64,000 bases of DNA from Candidatus Obscuribacterales bacterium (GCA_965228855.1 CBDDIJ010000005.1:800001-864000), one strand, 5' to 3'. Counted from the stretch's first letter, positions 20,806 through 31,582 are shown. Translations and numbers: made by a program. Notes: generated by a model not told the origin, from the letters alone.

Positions 20806-21531
20806 TTAGAAACCTGATGCGCCGCGCATGTGCCGGCTATTGTCCCAGCCGACCGACTTAATCATCCCACCGACGCCACCGTTGGTCAGGAACGTTCCAA
20901 GAAGGGCGGCTGCGCCTATTGCGCCAACTGCTTGTGAATTAATGCCACTGCCACCACCATTGGTGCTTGCAGGTGGAGCGCCTGCGGTTTGAAACAAACC
21001 GGCGCTTCCGAACAGCGGTTTCGACATCAGGCTGGCATTCGAGTTTCCAGCGGCTGAGTTCTGATTGCCGCCGCTGAAACCATTGGCTTGTGGCGATTGA
21101 TTGAAATTACTGCTGAGAGCCGGGTTCTGCGCACCCATGTTGTGATACTTCAGGGACTCATCGAGGATGTCCACTCCGGGCTCGCCAGGCGTACCAGGAA
21201 CGAACGGTGCAAACTGCTGAGCCTGTTGAGCAGGTGGCATTACGCCCATCTGAGTGCTCAACATTGGCATGTTTCCGACTGGCTGCTGCCCGCTGATACC
21301 GTTATTGACGGGCTGAAACTGCGACTGCCCGAATTGTTGCTGGCCGAACTGCTGCGACTGGTTTTGACCGAATTGCTGGGACTGATTCTGCCCAAACTGG
21401 TTTTGCTGAAACTGCTGACCGGCGCCCGAAGCATTGCCGAACTGCTGACCGTTCCACTGCTGTGCGAACGCGGCCTCACCGGCAAGAACCGGAAGGATAG
21501 CCAGAATCACAGGTAGAGCGCGACGCCTCAC
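20806..21531 (-). CDS. Secreted Gln/Gly/Asn-rich low-complexity protein
   Basis: Signal peptide ending AFA; tandem QQFGQNQS repeats. Confidence 0.7.
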   Translation of the reverse strand: MRRRALPVILAILPVLAGEAAFAQQWNGQQFGNASGAGQQFQQNQFGQNQSQQFGQNQSQQFGQQQFGQSQFQPVNNGISGQQPVGNMPMLSTQMGVMPPAQQAQQFAPFVPGTPGEPGVDILDESLKYHNMGAQNPALSSNFNQSPQANGFSGGNQNSAAGNSNASLMSKPLFGSAGLFQTAGAPPASTNGGGSGINSQAVGAIGAAALLGTFLTNGGVGGMIKSVGWDNSRHMRGASGF

Positions 21532-21775
21532 GTCGTTTCCTCACAAAACAAAGTCATCAAAGCCTATATTAAATAGCTAATGGGTTTAGGTAAATGGTAA
21601 AAGTACGCAGTTGAAAGCCCTAAAGCGAGATTGAAGCGCCCTGTTCGGTTGCGGACCTGCAAAGAAGCGAGACACTGTACATGCCTCGCTTCCCGCTTCA
21701 ATCAGCCGTGTGGTGGTCAATTTGGCTTCGGGAAATACTCATTCGGTCTCAGAACATCGCCCGAAGTGGCAATAG

Positions 21776-22195
21776 TCACGCTGATTGTTTAAAACTAACG
21801 ACATCGTCGTCCCAGAGTGCGACTTCGATTTCATAACCGGTCGGATCCAAGACGTACCAAGATGTCGACATCGGGTAACGAACTTCACCTCCGTACAAAA
21901 CCTCCAATTGTTCAGACTCGACTGTTTGGTTCCACTTATCGCGATCCGTGATTCTGAGCCCGAAGTGGTTAATCGTGTGCGGCGTATTCTTGCTGGCCGC
22001 TTTGCTCGGTTTTACAAGTTCCGGGTATTCGTAAATGCAAAGCATTGCATCTCCACTTTTGAGAATTCCCCACTTCATTCCGCTTCGTAATCCAGTTTCA
22101 ACCACGTCGAAACCGAACACGCGTTTGTACCAATCCTTTGTTTCATCAAGGTTTTTAACGGTCATATTTAAATGATCGAGATGCTTAACTTTCAT
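21776..22195 (-). CDS. VOC/glyoxalase-family protein
   Basis: LDHLNMTV, INHFGL, DPTGYEIEV. Confidence 0.9.
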   Translation of the reverse strand: MKVKHLDHLNMTVKNLDETKDWYKRVFGFDVVETGLRSGMKWGILKSGDAMLCIYEYPELVKPSKAASKNTPHTINHFGLRITDRDKWNQTVESEQLEVLYGGEVRYPMSTSWYVLDPTGYEIEVALWDDDVVSFKQSA

Positions 22196-22402
22196 GATTT
22201 GACCTCCCGGTTCTGCGAATGGATGCCTCTACATTTGGTGTCACCTGATCAAGAACTCCGGCGGTGAGTTAGATCAATTCAACTTTTTACAATGGATTTT
22301 CTAGACTGTTCAAAACGCATTTCCGCGAATGTTTCAAACAGTCTTCCTCGCTTCGTCAGTCTGCGCAACTCATTAAAACGGTCACGCAGACTAGCGCGAC
22401 GA

Positions 22403-22906
22403 CTACGCTGACTTTCTTGCTTGCTCGTCCTCGACCGCTGCTTCATCTTTTACTTTGTCGAGCGCTTTTTGATATCGACCAGCGTGATAAGCTTCGACGC
22501 GTTGCAGCGCCTTGAAACGTTTCGCGGCAGCCATAAAGGTTTCAGCATGCTCCTTAGATTCAGCACCTTGCTCCTGGAACTCGGCAACCGCGTCGAGACG
22601 TCCTTCCTCAAGCGCTATCTTCTCGAAGCTTGGATACATCTCGTTGGTCTCGTACAGCTCGCCTTCGATTGCGAGTTCCAAAAGCTTTTCGACTGTCAGG
22701 TCAGAAGGCGGATACATCAGTTCCAAATGCGCGAACGCATGTCCGGTTTCCTGATGGGCAGTTTCCTCAAAAAGCTTTGCGACATCTTCATTTCCGAGCT
22801 TGCGAGCGATTTTGGCGAAGTAGAGATATTTTCGATTCGCCATCGATTCACCAGCAAAAGCTGAATGCAAATTGGTTTCTGTTTTGGTGCCTGGAATTTT
22901 ACTCAT
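22403..22906 (-). CDS. rbr: Rubrerythrin-family diiron protein lacking a rubredoxin domain
   Basis: AFAGESMANRKY, ETGHA, EGELYE, ESKEHA; start moved to MSKIPG, which follows an AAGGAG RBS. Confidence 0.9.
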   Translation of the reverse strand: MSKIPGTKTETNLHSAFAGESMANRKYLYFAKIARKLGNEDVAKLFEETAHQETGHAFAHLELMYPPSDLTVEKLLELAIEGELYETNEMYPSFEKIALEEGRLDAVAEFQEQGAESKEHAETFMAAAKRFKALQRVEAYHAGRYQKALDKVKDEAAVEDEQARKSA

Positions 22907-23180
22907 GATGTGTTTCTCCTTGCGGAGCGATAAAGAGCTCCGCCACGTGTAGTGACCTTGTGCTTTTAAGTTTGGTGGCATGCTTATCTTCGCAAAATCA
23001 CAACAGGCGATTTCGACGATTCAGATATGCGTGCTAACACTCGAAACCGCTCACGCGACTTCCGAATTTAGAATGTGTTCCTCTTCGCGAAACCGGGTTC
23101 GGTTTCACAATTCAGGTGTGTTCGTCTTCGCGAAACTACTTGAGCAGTCTCGTTAAGACGATTGATTTCGGACAGACGAT

Positions 23181-23591
23181 CTATTTCGAATCTTCGTTTA
23201 GATCGCCATAGAAAGTAACGGTGTAGCTTTTGACGTTGTACTTATCGCCCAGCACTTTCTGTATGTCAGGCAGCATCTCTTGTGGAATGTCCACAATCCT
23301 TCCGGATTTAACATCCACAAAGTGATGATGTTCAGACGTGTTGGCATCGTATCTGGTGCGTCCAGGTTCCGTAAGCACTTCACGAATGACACCCGCATCG
23401 ACTAATGTCTTGAGCGTGTTGTAGACGGTAGCACGGGAGAGCGCCATCGGCAGCTTTTCAGCTACCGCGGCCAATATCTCGTCGGCAGTTGGATGCTCAT
23501 ACGTTTGCATGAGGTATTCCGTTATAACAAGCCGCTGAGAGGTGAGTTTGACCCCTCTTTTTGTTAGCAGCTCTTTTGCCGTGAAAGACAT
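23181..23591 (-). CDS. perR: Fur-family transcriptional repressor, PerR-like
   Basis: TSQR, HPTADE, SRATVYNTL, HHHF; lies directly upstream of rubrerythrin. Confidence 0.85.
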   Translation of the reverse strand: MSFTAKELLTKRGVKLTSQRLVITEYLMQTYEHPTADEILAAVAEKLPMALSRATVYNTLKTLVDAGVIREVLTEPGRTRYDANTSEHHHFVDVKSGRIVDIPQEMLPDIQKVLGDKYNVKSYTVTFYGDLNEDSK

Positions 23592-23620
23592 TTGGACTTT
23601 GCCTCGTTTACTTCGTCTGT

Positions 23621-23653
23621 ATTTAGACTAAATCTAAATTCGGTATTTGTCAA
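23621..23653 (-). promoter_or_regulatory. Sigma70-type promoter of perR overlapped by a palindromic operator
   Basis: Minus strand TTGACA (23648-23653), 17 nt, TAGTCT (23625-23630); palindrome ATTTAGA-N5-TCTAAAT at 23621-23639. Confidence 0.7.
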
Positions 23654-24265
23654 CCCTCTTACCTGAAAAATACTCCAGAACTGCTACAGCGCGAGATATT
23701 TGCAACGCCGGACTTTGAGGAAGAAGAAGAAGAAGAAGCATATCCTGCGCTCATAAACCTCTTATAGTCTCTTCTACTGTCAATAGATTTGTGAACACAA
23801 GCTGTCCGATCTCAAGACGGCCGCTACCGACGAAGCCAGGCAGTGGATTTCGAGCCTTATGGCGTAGATTTAGCAAGATACGTCCGTACTGACATATTGT
23901 CGCGTCCCAAACGAGCTCCACGTATACCAGTCCAGTGACGAAAGTGCTCGCGTTTGTTTCAGGCTAGCTCCAGTGACTTTAGGAAGTTAGCGTTCGGCTC
24001 TCGGCCATATACGAGGGCAAGATCTATAAATGATAGAAGCAACCCTTAGAGCTTCCAAACAAGCAGTCGCCGGCAAGGAGCAACCTTGACACTCCATGCG
24101 ACGTCATCCGACGTTTGCGAGTTCGCTTGACGCCTGTTGTCATTTACTTCCTTCAAAAGCTCTAACGAATCCATTTAGAAACTCTCGCGCAAGGTTGCAC
24201 GGATACGATCAAATCAGCGAACTGGTTCCGTCTCCCGGCGGAACCAGCTTCAGTCTGGAGAACCG

Positions 24266-25249
24266 ATGAACAAATTTGCGCTCGTTTTGCTCGTGCTACT
24301 ACTACTACTGCCGCTGCCAGCAGCGTTTGCGGTAGACGTCGACAACGACGCCCTGGGTAAAGCGGAAGGTGCCAGGGCCAAGAAGCTCTATGATGCAGGT
24401 AGGTTCAAAGAAGCACAAAAACTATTCGCGACTGCCGCGCAGCACTCGTCCCGGGACGCAGGCATTCAGTACTATCTTGCCGACTCCGCCCTCCGCAACG
24501 GAGATTACGAGACCGCCAAGCGCGCCTGCGCCCGCGTGATTATAGCCAAACATTGGAAACAAGGATTCGGCGCGCACGCAAAACTTATGCTTGTTCAGCG
24601 CTTTCCCGATTGCGAGCCATACCCTTGTGTGACCGGCGCAGGAATGCTTTCCCGCTTCACACGCAATCGAATGCCCATCAAAATATACGTCTCACAAGGT
24701 TTGATGTTGCCCGAGCCATATAGAGGTCGTGAGGGATTGCTGCAGCCGCAGATTTCGCAGCTGCTCCAAACGCTTCGAGCGCAGGGACCAGCCTTCTATC
24801 AACATCTTCAATACGATCCGGGGTTTAATTCCGGCTACGCATCGTCGGTTGTGGCGGGATTGCAAAAGTGGGAATGGGCGCGAGCCGAAAAAATTCTCGA
24901 CTATCAATTAGTCAATTCACCGAGCATCGCGGACATAGTCGTCGTCTGGTGCCCGAAATTAGAACGCGGCCATACTGGTTTCACACAAGTGATGACCAGC
25001 AATTTTGCCGGCAACAAAATTTTCATTCAAATCGCGACAAACGATCCGAATAAGTTGCAGAGTAATTTTCTAACCTGGATTGCGGCACACGAATTCGGTC
25101 ACGCCTGGGGCATCGCTTACCACAGCACAAATCCAAAGGACTTGATGGCGGCAGAGGCGAATGCTAACGAGCCGCATGCCCACATCAGCGAAAACGACAA
25201 ACTAACACTGAGAGCTCTGTACGACGTCGCACCAACTCTCAGGCGATAG
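24266..25249 (+). CDS. Secreted TPR + matrixin-like zinc metalloprotease
   Basis: Signal peptide, TPR-like N-terminus, HEFGHAWGIAYH and Met-turn DLM. Confidence 0.85.
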   Translation: MNKFALVLLVLLLLLPLPAAFAVDVDNDALGKAEGARAKKLYDAGRFKEAQKLFATAAQHSSRDAGIQYYLADSALRNGDYETAKRACARVIIAKHWKQGFGAHAKLMLVQRFPDCEPYPCVTGAGMLSRFTRNRMPIKIYVSQGLMLPEPYRGREGLLQPQISQLLQTLRAQGPAFYQHLQYDPGFNSGYASSVVAGLQKWEWARAEKILDYQLVNSPSIADIVVVWCPKLERGHTGFTQVMTSNFAGNKIFIQIATNDPNKLQSNFLTWIAAHEFGHAWGIAYHSTNPKDLMAAEANANEPHAHISENDKLTLRALYDVAPTLRR

Positions 25250-25589
25250 TGGTTTTACGCTAGCGCGTCGGACAGTGCGGCGCTCCGTGAATGGGCCACA
25301 GGCGACAGTTGTCTGTACGCTGGTGCGTCAAATATTGCTTCAAGTGCAGCGCCGTGATCGAGTCACAGGCAATGTGGGCCTCACATTCTAGTTTGGGAAT
25401 CTACTTACACGACATTTCATTCGCGATGCGATTGAAACTCACGACACCACTTATAGTGGCGCGCAAAAGTCGCAAAATGTTTCCACTTGTCTGAAGTTTT
25501 TAAATTACGTCGCCAACAAACACCTTCAGTGGACGCGCCCATAGACGAAGTTATTTGCATTAGATCGAGATATTTTGCAGGCGATCGAC

Positions 25590-26279
25590 TTATTTGCAGG
25601 CAATCAGAACTTTGTTGCAGCCCTTCTCTTTAGCCATCATCAGCGCTTCGCAGGATGCTTCTAGAAGCTCTTGCGGTTTGTTTCCGTGCAACGGATAGTT
25701 AGCTACGGCAAGCGTCGCAGTTACTTTGATAATCTCGCCTGATTTTGGATCTTTGATTTCCAGCATAGATACGCGTCTGCGTACCCGTTCAGCGACTACT
25801 GCGGCGCCTTCGGCGTCGGTTTCGTGTAGAACGGCGACAAGCTCTTCGCCGCCCCAGCGCGCCGGCATATCGATTTCACGAACGGAGCTGCGCAGAATCT
25901 TGCTGATTTCAACAAGTACCGTATCGCCAACTTCGTGACCGTATTTCAAGTTTATATCTCTTAGATGATCGATATCGACGATCATGAGCGATAGTGAATA
26001 ACCCAGCCGCAGTGCGCGTTTCAACGAGTGTGTCAGGTGCTCCTTGAACACATGTCGATTGGGAAGAGCTGTCAGCACATCCGTGCCCATGAGCTCTTGA
26101 AGTCGAGCTTCGCAGTTTGCGAGCTGATGTCTTAGACGGTCGATTTCGCGCTCTTTCTCTTTTACTTGACGTTCGAGCTGCACGTTATGGCCTTGCAACT
26201 TGCGAAGTTGACTCTCGGCCTGTCTGTGACGAGACTGTCCGTGGATCGACTGCCACATTTGTGTCAAATGGGCCTTCAT
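25590..26279 (-). CDS. Diguanylate cyclase (coiled coil + GGDEF)
   Basis: TDVLTALPNR, DIDH, RWGGEEL, RxxD I-site (REID); start moved to MKAHL, which follows AGGGGG. Confidence 0.88.
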   Translation of the reverse strand: MKAHLTQMWQSIHGQSRHRQAESQLRKLQGHNVQLERQVKEKEREIDRLRHQLANCEARLQELMGTDVLTALPNRHVFKEHLTHSLKRALRLGYSLSLMIVDIDHLRDINLKYGHEVGDTVLVEISKILRSSVREIDMPARWGGEELVAVLHETDAEGAAVVAERVRRRVSMLEIKDPKSGEIIKVTATLAVANYPLHGNKPQELLEASCEALMMAKEKGCNKVLIACK

Positions 26280-26559
26280 TGTTCCCCCCTTTGCCGCTCT
26301 GCTTGCAGATGGACTTATAGTTCCAATTGCTGTGATAGATAGAAACAATCTCTCAGCGAGAGTGGCAATTTTCCTTTTGGTTACTGTTCAGCATGCATGG
26401 GTCGTGGTCTGCCGCGTGTCTGTTGATTATGATCTGTTCTAATGATCAGGATCGATGTATTGATCTCTTATTTGATCTCTACTGATCTTCAACTGACGTG
26501 GTTATATTAACCCGAATTAGTAATTAGGTCTAGTATGCAGTGGGGTAAACCGCAAGATT

Positions 26560-27765
26560 TTAGTTCAAGACCACCCTGCTGAGTTCCTTTGTTTTACCGC
26601 GGCTAAGGAAGATTAGCGAGTACTTAAGTTTGCGAGATCCTGCCAGAAACACAACTTTACTGACACCGGATTTGCCCGGTGGCACGAGGTTCTCCGAGAC
26701 CTTGCGTTGCTTGCCGATATGCTCCGCATATCGCTGTCCCTGACTGCTTTCAACAATCAAATCCGAAAAGTAAAAGTTCGTGTCCGAGTTGTTTTTGACT
26801 TCAACGTTCGTAATCAAGAAACTCGCCGATTTGTCGCCCCACGGCGGCGTTTGCCATTGCACCTTGCTTGCCGTCATCTGCAAACCGGCGAGCGGTTTAA
26901 CAACAGCAGCTGACGGAATGCGAGTCGGATCGAAAGCCGGAAGCCTCATCGGGCCCAGGGTTTTAAAACCGATGCTATCACCCTCATATACGTTGCGTAT
27001 CTTTCCTTTGCGCTTGAGCGATGCAATCAAACCCCAGATCGCGCCGGCAGCGGCGAACGCGGCAATGTTGTAACCGTTCATCGCGACCGTCGCCGGTATG
27101 CCCGAGACCTGCAAACCAAGTAAGGCACCCGCGCCTGCACCGACTCCAGTGTAAGCGGCGTCCGTTGCCACCACCTTTGTGACCGCTTTAAGCGTCGAGT
27201 CTTTCGTTGTAAAACCAGCCTCGAAGGGCACTTCGTACTCGCCGCCTGGGCTGACCAGTTTATCGAATTGAACGGAGACGTAACCGTCGCGCCCTAGCCG
27301 TTTCTGATTCATAGCCTCAGTAACGTGACCGCGCATAAACCACTTGCCGGGCAGTATAACCTTGCCACCACTGGTGACATCTTGCGCAATACGAACAACT
27401 ACTTCATCACCTTTCTGGCTGAGCTCGGAGTTGAGAGTTACGCCTTTCGGGAAGACCATGTCGATTTTCGTTTCGGCAGGAACCGTCTCAACCTTTCCTT
27501 CTATAAACGGATTGGGTTCACTTTTTTCGACGTGCCCTTCAAGATATCTATGCTCACTGGCGGAAAGGAAGGAAGTCGTCCGGTATTTCTCCAGTGCATC
27601 GGCAAAGCCGCCTGAGCTCTTCGCCGGATATGCGCCTGCTGTCGCCGTACCGGAACGCGCACCATCGAGAGTGGCATTGAATGACGAGCTATTTTGAGCT
27701 GCCACCGCCAGTGGAGTCGACAGGTAAGAAGCTAAACATAAAGATGCAATCGTTGCCTTTTTCAT
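26560..27765 (-). CDS. Exported hypothetical protein with glycine-zipper-like hydrophobic hairpin
   Basis: Signal peptide; GVGAGAGALLG...AAAGAIWG. Confidence 0.65.
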   Translation of the reverse strand: MKKATIASLCLASYLSTPLAVAAQNSSSFNATLDGARSGTATAGAYPAKSSGGFADALEKYRTTSFLSASEHRYLEGHVEKSEPNPFIEGKVETVPAETKIDMVFPKGVTLNSELSQKGDEVVVRIAQDVTSGGKVILPGKWFMRGHVTEAMNQKRLGRDGYVSVQFDKLVSPGGEYEVPFEAGFTTKDSTLKAVTKVVATDAAYTGVGAGAGALLGLQVSGIPATVAMNGYNIAAFAAAGAIWGLIASLKRKGKIRNVYEGDSIGFKTLGPMRLPAFDPTRIPSAAVVKPLAGLQMTASKVQWQTPPWGDKSASFLITNVEVKNNSDTNFYFSDLIVESSQGQRYAEHIGKQRKVSENLVPPGKSGVSKVVFLAGSRKLKYSLIFLSRGKTKELSRVVLN

Positions 27766-27830
27766 GAGCCAGAAAGTACTCCGCTGCGGTCCAGTATTGT
27801 CCCGGTTTCTTGATCGACGCTTTCAGCACT

Positions 27831-28538
27831 CTATAGTTTCTTCGTTAGAATTTCTTTCAGTTGTTCGAAGAAACCCTTCTTCTTCGCGGAATTCGCATCG
27901 GAGGTTTTAACCGTGTTCTTGATGCGAGCCTCCAACGTCCGGGCCTCGGCGTCGCGCGGGTCGATGCGCAAGGCTGTCTGAACTTCGGTCATCGCCAGGG
28001 TATTCCAGCCCCTGGCATGATAGATTTCGGCCAGTTTGTTGTGATATCGAGGCTCTTTGGGGCAAAGACGAATCGCCTCTTTCATAGCCGTCTCCGCCTC
28101 TTGATATCGCCGCCGTTTTAGCAGTTCGTCGGCGCGCACAAGATGTTTATTCGCCCATTTAACGTTAATGGTTTCATCCCCGACCAAACCGGTCTGACCG
28201 GATTGTCGCGGCGAAATCGCCTTGAGCTCGTCCTCGCTCAACTCGAAGTCGACTTTGGTTGATTCCAGGGCGTCCAGATTATCCTGCTGCTCTTTCTTCC
28301 TCTTAAGGATGCGAACCGCGTTGTACTCCGCACGGCGCTCATCGTCCGAAATCATGTCGTGAGCGCGGGTCACTCGCGCGAACTCCCGCTGCGCCCTGGC
28401 CCGCTGGTCGGGGTCGTTGGGGTAACGGTCCGGGTGCAGCTGCTTGGCGAGTTTGAGGTACGCCTTTTTTATTTCCTGTGCGGTGGCAGTTTCCTCGACA
28501 CCGAGTATGGCGTAATAATCTTCCTCGAATTCCTGCAT
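27831..28538 (-). CDS. J-domain + TPR co-chaperone
   Basis: DYYAILGV, HPD motif, C-terminal TPRs; divergent from clpB. Confidence 0.9.
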   Translation of the reverse strand: MQEFEEDYYAILGVEETATAQEIKKAYLKLAKQLHPDRYPNDPDQRARAQREFARVTRAHDMISDDERRAEYNAVRILKRKKEQQDNLDALESTKVDFELSEDELKAISPRQSGQTGLVGDETINVKWANKHLVRADELLKRRRYQEAETAMKEAIRLCPKEPRYHNKLAEIYHARGWNTLAMTEVQTALRIDPRDAEARTLEARIKNTVKTSDANSAKKKGFFEQLKEILTKKL

Positions 28539-28908
28539 TACGAATCTATTGCGGAGAGCACAATCTCATTGTACGAAGTCAAACAGTCAAGCGCAGACCG
28601 GGCCGCCGCATCGTAACCTTTTAGATCAGGCCGGTCGGATCGGGCGGGCATCGGGCAGCGGTTGCTTCAAGCGAGTTGCTGGGACAAAAGCCACTGGCCA
28701 GAAATCCGCGCGAGATTCAACCGAGAAACAATATATATCAGCAAGTCCCGTTCTGGAAAGGCTTTGCCGGTTTTCCAATCAATCTAAAGAAATTGTAGTT
28801 TTATGAGCACCCCTTAAGATGGGTCCCCCATAATTCATATGTGGGACCCGAAATTTTTATCGCCTTTAGCTCAACATTGTTTGGGGCGTTGCGCCCAACT
28901 GGAGATAC

Positions 28909-31542
28909 ATGAATCTAGATCGTTTTACAAACAAAGCGCAAGAAGCAGTTACTGACACTAGAGGTATCCTGACTCGTTACGGTCACAGCCAGGTGTCGCC
29001 AGAACATTTGCTCCTTTCAATGCTGGAGCAAAAGGACGGCCTGACGCCAACAATCATTGAAAAACTCGATGCGAAGCCGGCTGACGTGGTTGACGATCTC
29101 GAAAAATATCTCGCAGCGCAACCGAAAGGTTCCGCGGTCAATATGCAAAAGGACGAATTGCATGTCTCGAACAAACTCATGCAATTGCTGGAGTTCGCCG
29201 CGCGAGAAGCGGAGCAAATGAAGGATCAGTACATTAGCGTAGAGCACTTGCTCATCGCGCTATGCGATCCCGGCAAAGGTCAATCCGGCACAATTCTCAA
29301 ACAGCACGGTATCACCCGCGATCGAATCCTCGCCCAGCTGAGTGAAATACGAGGCAATCAACAAGTTACAAGCCAGGATCCTGAGGCGACCTATCAGGCG
29401 TTGAAGCGCTACGGTCGCGACTTGACCGAGGCTGCGGCAAAGGGCAAACTCGATCCCGTGATCGGGCGCGACGATGAAATCAGGCGCGTCATGCAGGTTC
29501 TCTCACGACGAACCAAAAACAACCCGTGTCTGGTTGGAGAGCCTGGGGTGGGCAAAACCGCTATCGTAGAAGGTTTAGCCACTCGAATCACCAAAGGCGA
29601 CGTGCCTGAGGGCTTGAAGAAGAAAAAACTGATCGCGCTGGACATGGGCTCGCTAATCGCTGGCGCTAAATATCGCGGTGAGTTCGAGGAGCGGCTGAAA
29701 GCCGTTCTCAAAGAGGTACTCGAATCAAACGGCCAGATCATCCTGTTTATCGACGAAATCCACACCGTAGTTGGTGCCGGCTCTTCGGGAGAAGGCAGTA
29801 TGGATGCCGGAAACTTGCTGAAGCCACCTCTGGCTCGGGGCGAGTTGCACTGTATCGGTGCCACCACGATTGATGAGTACAGAAAGCACGTCGAAAAGGA
29901 CCCGGCTCTAGAACGCCGCTTCCAGACCGTGCTTGTGGACGAACCAGGTGTTGAAGAAACCATCTCGATCCTTCGCGGGTTGAAGGAAAGGTATGAAGTT
30001 CACCATGGTGTGCGAATCAAGGATTCGGCCCTGGTATCAGCCGCGGTGCTCGCCGACCGGTACATTACTGATAGATTTTTGCCGGACAAAGCTATCGACC
30101 TGGTCGATGAATCGGCGGCAAAAATGCGAATTGAGATTGACTCGATGCCGAGCGAATTGGACGAACTCGAACGGCGAAAAATCCAGTTGGAAATCGAACG
30201 TGAAGCGTTAAAAAAGGAAACCGATAACGCCTCTAAAGACCGACTGGAGAAACTTGAGAAGGAGCTCGCCGAGATCAGAGAGAAATCGGATGGTCTGCGC
30301 GCGCAATGGTTGTCTGAGAAAGAAGGCGTCAATAAGATTCAAAAAATCAAAGCCGACATCGAAGAAACCAAAGTTCAAATCGAGCAAGCGGAACGTGCTA
30401 CAGACCTGCAAAGAGCAGCAGAGCTGAAGTTCGGCAGATTGATAGAACTGGAGAAGGAGCTGAAGGAGCAGCTCGCCAAAGACAACAGCAAAACCCGAAC
30501 CCGCCTTCTCAAAGAAGAGATCGACGAAGAAGACATCGCGGATATCGTCGGCAAGTGGACCGGTATTCCGGTCAGCAAGCTACTCGAGGGCGAAGTACAG
30601 AAGTTGCTCCGTCTCGAACATCACCTCCACGAACGCGTCATCGGTCAAGACGAAGCCATTCAGGTGGTATCGGATGCGGTGCGACGTGCCCGAGCAGGCA
30701 TGAAAGACCCCAAGCGACCGATTGGTTCATTCCTCTTCCTCGGACCCACCGGGGTGGGAAAAACCGAGCTTGCAAAAGCACTCGCCGAGTTTCTCTTCGA
30801 TGATGAAAACGCGATCGTAAGAATCGATATGTCTGAGTATCAGGAGAAGCACACCGTCGCCCGACTGGTTGGCGCTCCTCCTGGATACATAGGATTCGAT
30901 GAAGGCGGTCAGTTGACTGAAGCGGTTCGGCGCAAGGCTTATTCTTGCGTGCTGTTCGACGAAGTTGAGAAGGCCCACCCGGACGTGTTCAACGTTATGT
31001 TGCAGGTTCTCGACGAAGGTCACTTGACCGACTCGAAAGGTCGCCGCGTCGACTTCAAAAACACGGTGATCATCATGACCTCCAACATTGGAAGCAGCCA
31101 CATTCTCGACTATCAGATGAATTCGGCAATTGATGGAGATGATGGTTACGAGCGCATGAAAGAGCAAGTTCTTGGTGCGCTTCGCCAACACTTCCGTCCT
31201 GAATTCTTGAACAGAATCGACGAAACAGTCGTGTTCCATGCACTCACAAGGGACCAGCTCTCGCAGATTGTCGACATTCAAATGCACTTCCTCAACAAGC
31301 GATTGGAAGATCGCAAACTGCAGTTGGTGCTCACGCAAAGTGCAAGAGAGCTGCTTGCAGACGAAGGATACGAACCGTTGTATGGTGCTCGACCGTTGAA
31401 GCGTTTGATACAGCGAGACATCGAGAATCCGCTCTCGCTGCACATTCTCAAAGGAGACTTCGTCGACGGCGACATCATCTCGGTGGACGCAAGCGGTGAC
31501 GACCTCGTGTTCAAGAAGCAGGGCTCGTTGATCACGGTTTAA
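28909..31542 (+). CDS. clpB: ATP-dependent disaggregase ClpB
   Basis: Two AAA+ modules ([16 protein letters not shown]), coiled-coil M domain, 877 aa. Confidence 0.97.
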   Translation: MNLDRFTNKAQEAVTDTRGILTRYGHSQVSPEHLLLSMLEQKDGLTPTIIEKLDAKPADVVDDLEKYLAAQPKGSAVNMQKDELHVSNKLMQLLEFAAREAEQMKDQYISVEHLLIALCDPGKGQSGTILKQHGITRDRILAQLSEIRGNQQVTSQDPEATYQALKRYGRDLTEAAAKGKLDPVIGRDDEIRRVMQVLSRRTKNNPCLVGEPGVGKTAIVEGLATRITKGDVPEGLKKKKLIALDMGSLIAGAKYRGEFEERLKAVLKEVLESNGQIILFIDEIHTVVGAGSSGEGSMDAGNLLKPPLARGELHCIGATTIDEYRKHVEKDPALERRFQTVLVDEPGVEETISILRGLKERYEVHHGVRIKDSALVSAAVLADRYITDRFLPDKAIDLVDESAAKMRIEIDSMPSELDELERRKIQLEIEREALKKETDNASKDRLEKLEKELAEIREKSDGLRAQWLSEKEGVNKIQKIKADIEETKVQIEQAERATDLQRAAELKFGRLIELEKELKEQLAKDNSKTRTRLLKEEIDEEDIADIVGKWTGIPVSKLLEGEVQKLLRLEHHLHERVIGQDEAIQVVSDAVRRARAGMKDPKRPIGSFLFLGPTGVGKTELAKALAEFLFDDENAIVRIDMSEYQEKHTVARLVGAPPGYIGFDEGGQLTEAVRRKAYSCVLFDEVEKAHPDVFNVMLQVLDEGHLTDSKGRRVDFKNTVIIMTSNIGSSHILDYQMNSAIDGDDGYERMKEQVLGALRQHFRPEFLNRIDETVVFHALTRDQLSQIVDIQMHFLNKRLEDRKLQLVLTQSARELLADEGYEPLYGARPLKRLIQRDIENPLSLHILKGDFVDGDIISVDASGDDLVFKKQGSLITV

Positions 31543-31582
31543 CTCTCTCGCTAAAACTGCGAAGAGAAGACGTGGATGAGTC

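Noticed and set aside
22980..23150. CRISPR array
   Set aside because: Units are too degenerate, the variable parts are only 6-9 nt loops, and no cas genes are present
25291..25494. 67-aa ORF in the gap between the protease and the cyclase
   Set aside because: No RBS and no recognisable features; probably intergenic
26350..26560. Chromosomal oriC call
   Set aside because: No TTATCCACA-type boxes and no dnaA, dnaN or gidA context; kept only as a GATC-cluster finding
28540..28908. CIRCE element or sigma32 promoter before clpB
   Set aside because: No TTAGCACTC-N9-GAGTGCTAA; the CCCTTAA/CCCCAT spacing is too short for a sigma32 promoter
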